DNA from: Macrostomum lignano
Taxonomy: Eukaryota
Assembly: GCA_002269645.1 (NCBI GenBank)
Contig: NIVC01003660.1
Location: 20,695 to 84,694, forward strand
Direction of reading: 5' to 3'
DNA length: 64,000 nt
In this document: positions 51,500 through 61,523 of the stretch, piece after piece
Position numbering within the stretch: the first letter of the stretch is position 1
How the letters are laid out: each line of letters begins with the position of its first letter
The notes under the pieces: generated by a model
What the model was told of the DNA's origin: nothing
What the model saw: the letters and a program-made list of their open reading frames with translations, nothing else
The model's database searches: none
Program-made: the position numbers and the translations under genes

Positions 51500-52935
51500 A
51501 CAAGGCACTGAGGTATCTGAACCCTCAGGCACTGAAGTATCTGAACTCTCAGGCACTGAGGTATCTGAACCCTCAGGCACTGAGGTATCTGAACACTCAG
51601 GCACTGAGGTATCTGAACCCTCAGGCACTGAGGTATCTGAACACTCAGGCACTGAAGTATCTGAACACTCAGGCACTGAAGCATCTGAACACTCAGGCAC
51701 TGAAGTTTCTGAACACTCAGGCACTGAAGTATCTGAACTCTCAGGCACTGAAGTATCTGAACACTCAGGCACTGAAGTATCTGAACCCTCAGGCACTGAA
51801 GTATCTGAGCATTCAGGCACTGAAGTATCTGAACACTCAGGCACTGAGGTATCTGAACCCTCAGGCACTGAAGTATCTGAACACTCAGGCACTGAAGTAT
51901 CTGAACCATCAGGCACTGAAGTATCTGAACACTCAGGCACTGAAGTATCTGAACCATCAGGCACTGAAGTATCTGAACACTCAGGCACTGAAGTATCTGA
52001 ACACTCAGGCACTGAGGTATCTGAACCCTCAGGCACTGAAGTATCTGAACACTCAGGCACTGAAGTATCTGAACCCTCAGGCACTGAAGTATCTGAACAC
52101 TCAGGCGCTGAAGTATCTGAACACTCAGGCACTGAAGTATCTGAACCCTCAGGCACTGAAGTATCTGAACACTCAGGCACTGAAGTATCTGAACCATCAG
52201 GCACTGAAGTATCTGAACACTCAGGCACTGAAGCATCTGAACACTCAGGCACTGAAGTTTCTGAACACTCAGGCACTGAAGTATCTGAACTCTCAGGCAC
52301 TGAAGTATCTGAACACTCAGGCACTGAAGTATCTGAACCCTCAGGCACTGAAGTATCTGAGCATTCAGGCACTGAAGTATCTGAACACTCAGGCACTGAG
52401 GTATCTGAACCCTCAGGCACTGAAGTATCTGAACACTCAGGCACTGAAGTATCTGAACCATCAGGCACTGAAGTATCTGAACACTCAGGCACTGAAGTAT
52501 CTGAACCATCAGGCACTGAAGTATCTGAACACTCAGGCACTGAAGTATCTGAACACTCAGGCACTGAGGTATCTGAACCCTCAGGCACTGAAGTATCTGA
52601 ACACTCAGGCACTGAAGTATCTGAACCCTCAGGCACTGAAGTATCTGAACACTCAGGCGCTGAAGTATCTGAACACTCAGGCACTGAAGTATCTGAACCC
52701 TCAGGCACTGAAGTATCTGAACCCTCAGGCACTGAAGTATCTGAACCATCAGGCACTGAAGTATCTGAACACTCAGGCACTGAAGTATCTGAACCATCAG
52801 GCACTGAAGTATCTGAACACTCAGGCACTGAAGTATCTGAACACTCAGGCACTGAAGTATCTGAACCATCAGGCACTGAAGTATCTGAACACTCAGGCAC
52901 TGAAGTATCTGAACACTCCGGCACTGAAGCATCCC
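51500..52935. repeat. 24-bp minisatellite GGCACTGAAGTATCTGAACACTCA
   Basis: About 60 copies, stop-free in four frames, giving spurious 500-aa ORFs. Confidence 0.97.
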
Positions 52936-53033
52936 AATACTCAAACAGCAGCAATATCAACAGCAAAAGTCCAACTGTTTAAGTCGGGCGGGATCAATGA
53001 GCAACCTTAAATCCTGCCCCACCCCACCGTCAG

Positions 53034-53455
53034 GACTGTCCATTCTGCCCGGAGGAGTTCCGCGCACACCGCGACCTCCAAGAGCGGGTGATTGATTTGC
53101 ACCGATCGCACAGCGGCATGACGCCCGAAGAGGCTGATCAGCATTTTCTGCAGAACGCCAAGAAGCTGGCAATGTACGGCGTTGACATGCACGAAGCTCG
53201 CGACAGTCGCGGAGATGAGATCTACGTCGGCGTGTACCACGGCGGCGTGCTGGTGTACCGCAACAGCTTGCGGATCAACCGGTTCTCCTGGCCGAAGATC
53301 ATGCGGGTGTCCTACAAGCGCAGCTCGCTGAGGATCGCCCTGCGACCGGCCGATTCCGACTGGCGCGGTGAACGGGTGGTGGAATTTCGATGCGCTTCGT
53401 CTAAACTGGCGAAGCGGCTGTGGCGGGCCGTGGTGGAGCATCACGGATTCTTCAG
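53034..53455 (+). CDS. FERM-SPRY protein, FERM F2/F3 exon
   Basis: ccgtcag|DCPF...MTPEEADQHFLQNAKKLAMYGVDMH...RINRFSWPKIMRVSYKRS...AKRLWRAVVEHHGFF; donor AG|GTGCGC. Confidence 0.95.
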
Positions 53456-53499
53456 GTGCGCCTGGTTTATTAGTGACAGCTCGGCAATCGACTGCCGGC

Positions 53500-53965
53500 T
53501 AGGTTAGGGTTTGGGTCTGGGTTTGGGTTTAGGTTTGGGTTAAGATTTGGTTTATGGTTGGGTTTAGGTTTGGGTTTAGGTTTGGGTTTAGGTTTGGGTT
53601 TAGGTTTGGGTTTAGATTTGGGTTTAGGTTTGGGTTTAGATTTGGGTTTAGGTTTGGGTTTAGGTTTGGGTTTAGGTTTGGGTTTAGGTTTTGGTTTAGA
53701 TTTTAGGTTTAGGTTGGGTTTAAGTTTTAGGTTTAGGCTTGTGTTTAAGTTTGGGTTTAGGTTTGGGTTTAAGTTTGGGTTTAGGTTTTAGGTTCAGGTT
53801 TGGGTTTAGTTTGGGTTTAGGTTTTAGGTTCAGGTTTGGGTTTAGTTTGGGTTTAGGTTTTAGGTTCAGGTTTGGGTTTAGTTTGGGTTTAGGTTTTAGG
53901 TTCAGGTTTGGGTTTAGTTTGGGTTTAGGTTTTAGGTTCAGGTTTGGGTTTAGGTAAGGGTTAGG
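53500..53965. repeat. Telomere-like (GGTTTA/GGTTTG)n tract
   Basis: Starts with GGTTAGGGTTTGGG and continues as AGGTTTGGGTTT units. Confidence 0.9.
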
Positions 53966-53989
53966 TCACGTAAAACATAAAAGTGTCAT

Positions 53990-54850
53990 ATCAAACACAA
54001 AAGAAGCCTCATATCAAACATAAAAGAAGCCTCATGTCAAACATAGAAGAAGCCTCATGTCAAACATAAAAGCCTCATGTCAAACATAGAAGAAGCCTCA
54101 TGTCAAACATAAAAGAAGCCTCATGTCAAACATAAAAGCCTCATGTCAAACATAGAAGAAGCCTCATGTCAAACATAGAAGAAGCCTCATGTCAAACATA
54201 AAAGAAGCCTCATGTCAAACATAGAAGAAGCCTCATGTCAAACATAAAAGAAGCCTCATGTCAAACATAGAAGAAGCCTCATGTCAAACATAAAAGCCTC
54301 ATGTCAAACATAGAAGAAGCCTCATGTCAAACATAAAAGAAGCCTCATGTCAAACATAAAAGAAGCCTCATATCAAACATAAAAGAAGCCTCATGTCAAA
54401 CATAGAAGAAGCCTCATGTCAAACATAAAAGCCTCATGTCAAACATAGAAGAAGCCTCATGTCAAACATAGAAGAAGCCTCATGTCAAACATAAAAGAAG
54501 CCTCATGTCAAACATAAAAGCCTCATGTCAAACATAGAAGAAGCCTCATGTCAAACATAGAAGAAGCCTCATGTCAAACATAGAAGAAGCCTCATGTCAA
54601 ACATAAAAGAAGCCTCATGTCAAACATAAAAGAAGCCTCATGTCAAACATAGAAGAAGCCTCATGTCAAACATAAAAGAAGCCTCATGTCAAACATAGAA
54701 GAAGCCTCATGTCAAACATAAAAGCCTCATGTCAAACATAGAAGAAGCCTCATGTCAAACATAAAAGAAGCCTCATGTCAAACATAAAAGCCTCATGTCA
54801 AACATAGAAGAAGCCTCATGTCAAACATAGAAGAAGCCTCATGTCAAACA
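53990..54850. repeat. 20-23-bp satellite AAGCCTCATGTCAAACATA(A/G)AAG, related to the reverse complement of the 7545-10520 family
   Basis: The reverse complement CTTCTATGTTTGACATGAGGCTT compares with CTTCTATGATTGTTTACATGACGCTT. Confidence 0.9.
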
Positions 54851-55215
54851 AAGGCGTCATTGCAAAAATTAAAGATTTATTGGGGAATCGCTGAAATGTT
54901 AAGGCTGAAGTCAGAAGCTAAATTTAGTTTATTCCTCCTAAACGGGGACGCTGATTGCTAGTTTCTAATAATAGCATTTGAATAAAACATAGACTTTTGA
55001 TAATGCTATATTTTTAATAAGTAGAGTTTAAGTAGTAGCTTCCTGATTGAGCATTGACTTTAAATAAGGATTTTTAACATGGAATTTAAGCATCAGGAGC
55101 GTGCACTTTTATTAATAGCATCTTGATTTAGCATAGATTTAGCCAGTATCAAATTTCGTATGTATAGCTGAATGTATAAACGCAGGCATCTACCACTCCG
55201 TACTATTTTTGGCAG

Positions 55216-55379
55216 GCTCAAGTCGCCAGAGAAGCCAGCTAAGCCGCTAATTCCGGGAACATTCAAACGCAATTGGAACTACACCGGGCCCACTAGGGGC
55301 CAGATGAATGACCAGACTCTGGGGCCGCTGCCCGAGGCACTCATCACTCCCGGGATGCGCAAGAGCTTTCGAAAGAAGG
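55216..55379 (+). CDS. FERM-SPRY protein, FERM-adjacent-like exon
   Basis: ttggcag|G. Encodes LKSPEKPAKPLIPGTFKRNWNYTGPTRGQM...SFRKK. Donor G|GTGAGT. Phases 2 and 1 match the neighbouring exons. Confidence 0.8.
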
Positions 55380-55380
55380 G

Positions 55381-55935
55381 TGAGTCTGTACTGAGCTGGT
55401 CAGAGTCTGTACTGAGTTGGTCAGAGTCTGTACTGAGCTAGTCAGAGTCTGTACTGAGTTGGTCAGAGTCTGTACTGAGCTAGTCAGAGTCTGTAATGAG
55501 TTGGTCAGAGTCTGTACTGAGCTAGTCAGAGTCTGTAATGAGCTAGTCAGAGTCTGTACTGAGCTGGTCAGAGTCTGTACTGAGCTGGTCAGAGTCTGTA
55601 CTGAGCTAGTCAGAGTCTGTACTGAGCTAGTCAGAGTCTGTACTGAGTTGGTCAGAGTCTGTACTGAGTTGGTCAGAGTCTGTACTGAGTTGGTCAGAGT
55701 CTGTACTGAGTTGGTCAGAGTCTGTACTGAGCTAGTCAGAGTCTGTACTGAGCTAGTCAGAGTCTGTACTGAGCTGGTCAGAATCTGTACTGAGGTGGTC
55801 AGAGTCTGTACTGAGTTGGTCAGAGTCTGTACTGAGCTAGTCAGAGTCTGTACTGAGCTAGTCAGAGTCTGTACTGAGTTGGTCAGAGTTTGTACTGAGC
55901 TAGTCAGAGTCTGTACTGAGCTAGTCAGAGTCTGT
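55381..55935. repeat. 21-bp minisatellite GAGTCTGTACTGAGCTAGTCA
   Basis: About 26 copies starting at the splice donor. Confidence 0.97.
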
Positions 55936-55969
55936 GTCAGGTCCGGCACCCCATTCCCGCACCGCTCAG

Positions 55970-56651
55970 AAGACGCATTCAGCACTTACGAGCCGCAGCT
56001 GGGCGGCCCCGGTCTCAACGGCACCGGCAGCGCGGCGGCCACGGCCTCCCGCTACTACCCGGCGCAGAGCACACCTCAGGACTATCAGCACCAGCAGCAC
56101 CAGCACTCCACTCTGCCAGCTCGAGAACAGTTCGATCGCCGCATCGAACTGGAGTCGGTCAGGCCGCGCCGGTGGTGCCTAACGCCGCTGGACGCCGACG
56201 TTGACGGCGCCGGCGCCTCGGTGGCGATCGCCGACCAAACAGTCGATGGCGACGAGACTCGCCGACCGCCGCTGCTGACCGCCGCCTGTCCGGGCGGCGA
56301 CTGGCTCGGCGTTCGGGCCGACTCCGGCGTCAGATACGGCGGCCAGTGGTACTTCGAGGTCGTTGTCGACGTGCCCGACGGTGCCAACCGGGACGCCGAC
56401 GTCGATGCTCGCATCGGCTGGGCGACGGCGTCGGCTGGACTTCGGCTCGGAGCCGCCGACGGACACGGATTCGGGTTTGGGGCCGGGCCGGACGGCCGAC
56501 AGGCCACCAAGTGCTTGGCCGGCCAGGTTGAAGACTACGGCTGCCGCCTGCGGCCGGGCGACGTTGTCGGAGCCGCTCTGGACCTGGACAGCGGCCTGGC
56601 GCTGTTCTCTGTGAATGGCGCCGAGCAGGGCCAGGCTTACAGCCTGAATAG
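55970..56651 (+). CDS. FERM-SPRY protein, linker plus SPRY domain 1
   Basis: Acceptor ccgctcag|AA (phase 1). Encodes DWLGVRADSGVRYGGQWYFEV...ARIGWAT...LGAADGHGFGFG...YGCRLRPGDVVGAALDLDSGLALFSVNG. Donor AG|GTGAGT. Confidence 0.85.
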
Positions 56652-56669
56652 GTGAGTTCCGCACTGCTC

Positions 56670-57960
56670 ATCTATATGCCTGCTTATCTACCCGCCTGCT
56701 TATCTACCTTCCTGCTTATCTACCCGCCTGCTTATCTACCTTCCTGCTTATCTACCCGCCTGCTCATCTACCTGCCTGCTTATCTACCTGCCTGCGTATC
56801 TACCCGCCTGCTTATCTACCTGCCTGCTTATCTACCCGCCTGCTTATCTACCTGCTTATCTACCCGCCTGCTTATCTACCTGCTTATCTACCCGCCTGCT
56901 TATCTACCCGCCTGCTTATCTACCCTCCTGCTTATCTACCTGCTTATCTACCCGCCTGCTTATCTACCTGCTTATCTACCTATCTGCTTATCTACCTGAC
57001 TGCTTATCTAACTGCCTGCTTATCTACCCGCCTGCTTATCTACCCGCCTGCTTATCTACCCGCCTGCTTATCTACCTGCCTGCTTATCTACCCGCCTGCT
57101 TATCTACCTGCCTGCTTATCTACCCGCCTTCTTATCTACCTGCTTATCTCTCCGCCTGCTTATCTACCTGCTTATCTACCCGCCTGCTTATCTACCTGCT
57201 TATCTACCTATCTGCTTATCTACCTGCCTGCTTATCTACCTTCCTGCTTATCTATCCGCCTGCTTATCTACCTGCTTATCTACCCGCCTGCTTATCTACC
57301 TGTCTGCTTATCTACCTGTCTGCTTATCTACCTGTCTGCTTATCTACCCGCCTGCTTATCTACCTGCTTATCTACCCGCCTGCTTATCTACCTTCCTGCT
57401 TATCTACCCGCCTGCTTATCTACCTTTCTGCTTATCTACCCGCCTGCTTATCTACCTGCTTATCTACCCTGTTTTCTACTTGCCTGCTTATCTACCTGCC
57501 TGCCTATCTACTCGCCTGCTTATCTACCTGCCTGCTTATCTACCTGCCTGCTTATCTACCCGCCTGCTTATCTACTCGCCTGCTTATCTACCTGCCTGCT
57601 TATCTACCTGCCTGCTTATCTACCCGCCTGCTTATCTACCCGCCTGCTTATCTACCTGCTTATCTACCCTGTTTTCTACTTGCCTGCTTATCTACCTGCC
57701 TGCCTATCTACTCGCCTGCTTATCTACTCGCCTGCTTATCTACCTGCTTATCTACCCTGTTTTCTACTTGCCTGCTTATCTACCTGCCTGCCTATCTACT
57801 CGCCTGCTTATCTACTCGCCTGCTTATCTACCTGCTTATCTACCCTGTTTTCTACTTGCCTGCTTATCTACCTGCCTGCCTATCTACTCGCCTGCTTATC
57901 TACCCGCCTGCTTATCTACTCGCCTGCTCATCTATCTGCCTGCTTATCTACTCGCCTGCT
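56670..57960. repeat. 13-17-bp minisatellite CTGCTTATCTACC(CGC/TGC)
   Basis: Tandem copies in the intron. Confidence 0.96.
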
Positions 57961-58489
57961 TACGTGTCCTTATTTATTTACCTGCTAGTCTAGCTAATGA
58001 CACTTTCTATGACCCCAGCGCACCAACTATATTATAATAAGCGGGGCAATAAATTTTAATAATCCTATTATGAATTGGTGTTTGCATTTTGAATCGCTGC
58101 TCTGACCTAATAAAAATTTATTGCCAGAGTTTGTATAAATTGGAGCCCAAAAAGACAACAGAAACAATAATAATGATATGCCTTTCAGATCAAAGCGACA
58201 GGAAGTGCATGCCCGGCAGTGCAGTATGATTTATGCATATGCAGTTTCTATAGTTTTTGCAGTTTTTTTCAATAAAATAACGGCTTTTCTGTCTGGCTTT
58301 AACTATTTATAGGATGCTTATAATTATTCTTTGTCTGGCCTAATATAGTCGATCGAGTATTGATATAACGGGACTGAAATTTGCCAAGTAGCTAATAAAC
58401 TGTTTGTTTAACAATTGTTGATAAAGTGCTCTGTCAGCCCTGCTGTACAGTTTCAGCGGTGTTTGTGTTGAATAGATGGCTAGGGGAGA

Positions 58490-58915
58490 TTTTTATTAGA
58501 TTGAGGTGAGATGCGGTGAGATTGAGTGATTTTATACGAGATAGGGTGAGATAAGAGCGACATTTGTGAGATAGGGTAAGATTGGGGTGAGATTGGATGA
58601 TATTGAGATGAGATACGTGAAATGGGGTGAGATAGTATGAGACTGATGTGAGATAAGATAAGTCTGGGGTGACATAAGATGAGATTGGTGTGAAATAGGA
58701 TGAGATTGGTGTGAGATAGGATGAGATTGGTGTGAGATAGGATGAGATTGGTGTGAGATAGGATGAGATTAGTGTGAGATAGGATGAGATTAATGTGAGA
58801 TAGGATGAGATTGATGTGAGATAAGATAAGATTGGTGCGAGAAATGAAGATGAGATTGAGTGAGATAGCATAAGATTAGGGTGAGATGGAGTTTTAAAAC
58901 TTGATGAGATTTTAT
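58490..58915. repeat. Degenerate GA-rich repeat (GAGATAGGATGAGATTGGTGT)
   Basis: Direct reading. Confidence 0.8.
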
Positions 58916-59037
58916 GGAGACACGATAATAATTGGATGGATTTTGAGTAAGAGCGGATGGATAGTATTATGAGGAGATCAGAATTGACGGACTAAGCAAG
59001 CTACACGTGTACACCTGCAACCCCCGCCCACCTGCAG

Positions 59038-59362
59038 GGATCTCCGCGCCGAGACCTTCTTCCCGGCCGGCTGCGCTAGAAACGGCGCCAATCTTCGCTG
59101 GAACTTCGGCGACGATCCGGCGCAGCCGCTGCGCCACCTGCCCGGCGGCCCGTGGCGCCCGGCCGGCCTGGCGCCCGTTAACCAACGCACCGATAATCCG
59201 CGCGCCTGGCGCCTAAATCATCACGACGTAACTGGCCCGGGCCTGGCGCTTGGCCCTGACGGAGCTTCGGCGCAGGGCCGTCTCGGCTTCGGCTGGCAGG
59301 GCGTCCGCGCCGCCAAAGGCGTCCGAGCGGTGGCCGGCGGGCCTGGCCGCTTCTATTACGAG
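59038..59362 (+). CDS. FERM-SPRY protein, end of SPRY1 and start of SPRY2
   Basis: cctgcag|G. Encodes DLRAETFFPAGCARNGANLRWNFGD...AWRLNHHD...ALGPDGASAQGRLGFGWQGVRAAKGV...GRFYYE. Donor GAG|GTTCGT. This frame was not called in the ORF track because it lacks a start codon. Confidence 0.85.
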
Positions 59363-59444
59363 GTTCGTACATGTTTGTGTGCATTTTCTGTCTCAAAACT
59401 GTGCCGTTAGAGAGGCCTAGAGTAGGATAAATAAATCTGAGTAG

Positions 59445-60525
59445 GGTAGATAGCCTCACAGTAGGTTAGATAGGCCCACAGTAGGGTAGATAGGCTCACA
59501 GTAGGTTAGATAGGCTCACAGTAGGTTAGATAGGCTCACAGTAGGTTAGATAGGCTCACAGTAGGTTAGATAGGCTCCCAGTAAGGTAGATAGGCTCAGA
59601 GTAGAGTAGATAGGCTCCGAGTAGAGTAGATAGGCTCCGAGTAGGGTAGCTAGGCTCCGAGTAGAGTAGCTAGGCTCCGAGTAGGGTAGATGGCTCCGAG
59701 TAGAGTAGATAGGCTCCGAGTAGAGTAGATAGGCTCCGAGTAGAGTAGATAGGCTCCGAGTAGGGTAGATTGTTCCGAGTAGAGTAGCTAGACTCCGAGT
59801 AGGGTAGATGGCTCCGAGTAGAGTAGATAGGCTCGGAGTAGGGTAGCTAGGCTCCGAATAGGGTAGATGGCTCCGAGTAGAGTAGATAGGCTCCGAGTAG
59901 AGTAGATAGGCTCCGAGTAGGGTAGATAGGCTCCGAGTAGAGTAGATAGGCTCAGAGTAGGGTAGATAGGCTCCGAGTAGAGTAGCTAGGCTCCGAGTAG
60001 AGTAGCTAGGCTCCGAGTAGAGTAGCTAGGCTCCGAGTAGAGTAGATAGGCTCCGAGTAGAGTAGATGGCTCCGAGTAGAGTAGATAGGCTCCGAGTAGA
60101 GTAGATAGGCTCCGAGTAGAGTAGATAGGCTCCGAGTAGAGTAGCTAGGCTCCGAGTAGAGTAGATAGGCTCCGAGTAGAGTAGATAGGCTCCGAGTAGG
60201 GTAGATAGGCTCCGAGTAGGGTAGATAGGCTCCGAGTAGAGTAGATAGGCTCCGAGTAGAGTAGATAGGCTCCGAGTAGGGTAGATAGGCTCCGAGTAGG
60301 GTAGATAGGCTCCGAGTAGGGTAGATAGGCTCCGAGTAGGGTAGATAGGCTCCGAGTAGGGTAGATAGGCTCCGAGTAGAGTAGATAGGCTCCGAGTAGA
60401 GTAGATAGGCTCCGAGTAGGGTAGATAGGCTCCGAGTAGGGTAGATAGGCTCCGAGTAGAGTAGATAGGCTCCGAGTAGGGTAGATAGGCTCCGAGTAGG
60501 GTAGATAGGCTCCGAGTAGAGTAGA
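59445..60525. repeat. 20-bp minisatellite AGGCTCCGAGTAGAGTAGAT
   Basis: About 54 copies. Confidence 0.97.
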
Positions 60526-60554
60526 TTAATTGATTTTGACCGCTCCAACTCCAG

Positions 60555-61019
60555 GCGGAGCCGCTGGAGTCGCAGCCGGCCGCCCTCGCCCGAGTCGGCT
60601 GGGCCACCGAGTCGGGCAGCTTGGACGCCGGCCGGGACAGCCAGGGCTGGGCGTACGGCGCGGATCCGGACGGCTTCGGTCTGGCCGGCAGCCAGGGCAA
60701 GAAGATGCACAGCGATCAGATTGACGTGTACGGTGAGCCGTACAGCGGAGGCGACGTGATCGGCTGCTACCTGGACTTCGGCGCCGGGGCGATCGCGTTC
60801 GCCAAGAACGGCAAATCGTTTGGCCAGGCCTATGCCCTGCCGCCTGCCGCCCGCGGCGACTCCACCACTTATTATCCCGTGGTGTGCCTCCGCGACCAGA
60901 CTGTGGACGTGAATTTCGGACAGCGGCCGTTTCGGCATCCGCCCGGGCCGGGTTGGACTCCGGTGGGCCTGGCCGGGGACGAGTCTGTCCGGCGGAGCGC
61001 CAGAACTGGCGTTGCCGAT
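60555..61019 (+). CDS. FERM-SPRY protein, SPRY domain 2; gene probably continues beyond the LINE
   Basis: actccag|AEPL...ARVGWAT...QGKKMHSDQIDVYGEPYSGGDVIGCYLDFGAGAIAFAKNGKSFGQAY...YPVVCLRDQTVDVNFGQRPFRHPPGPGW. Donor GAT|GTGAGC. Confidence 0.9.
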
Positions 61020-61127
61020 GTGAGCTGGCCGGGTTTTGTGTGTTTAATTGCTCTAATTTGTGTTTACTGTCTATTATGTGTTTCTTCGCATGATGTGTGT
61101 TTCTCCCTATGTGATTGTGGTTCTTCC

Positions 61128-61445
61128 TATGAGATTGTGGTTCTTCCTATGAGATTGTGGTTCTTCCTATGAGATTGTGGTTCTTCCTATGAGATTGTGG
61201 TTCTTCCTATGAGATTGTGGTTCTTCCTATGAGATTGTGGTTCTTCCTATGAGATTGTGGTTCTTCCTATGAGATTGTGGTTCTTCCTATGAGATTGTGG
61301 TTCTTCCTATGAGATTGTGGTTCTTCCTATGAGATTGTGGTTCTTCCTATGAGATTGTGGTTCTTCCTATGAGATTGTGGTTCTTCCTATGAGATTGTGG
61401 TTCTTCCTATGAGATTGTGGCTCTTCCCATGAGATGTGTGTTTCC
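61128..61445. repeat. 20-bp minisatellite GAGATTGTGGTTCTTCCTAT
   Basis: About 15 near-perfect copies. Confidence 0.97.
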
Positions 61446-61523
61446 TCCCATGAGATGTGTGTTTTTTCCTATGAGTTATGTGTTTCTTATTTTAGTACTG
61501 TGTTGAGTCCTTCATAGCATCCG

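Noticed and set aside
51388-53010. Four 500-aa ORFs (SEHSGTEV, LKYLNTQA, QILQCLSV and VPECSDTS repeats) that resemble mucins or surface antigens
   Set aside because: They are translations of a 24-bp intronic minisatellite lying between two phase-matched FERM exons, and several frames on both strands are open.
55941-56182. Alternative acceptor at 55940/55941 directly after the satellite
   Set aside because: With the phase-1 donor at 55379 it enters a frame that stops at 56182 and misses the SPRY domain. The 55969/55970 acceptor keeps the SPRY frame. It may exist as a short isoform, but that is unsupported.
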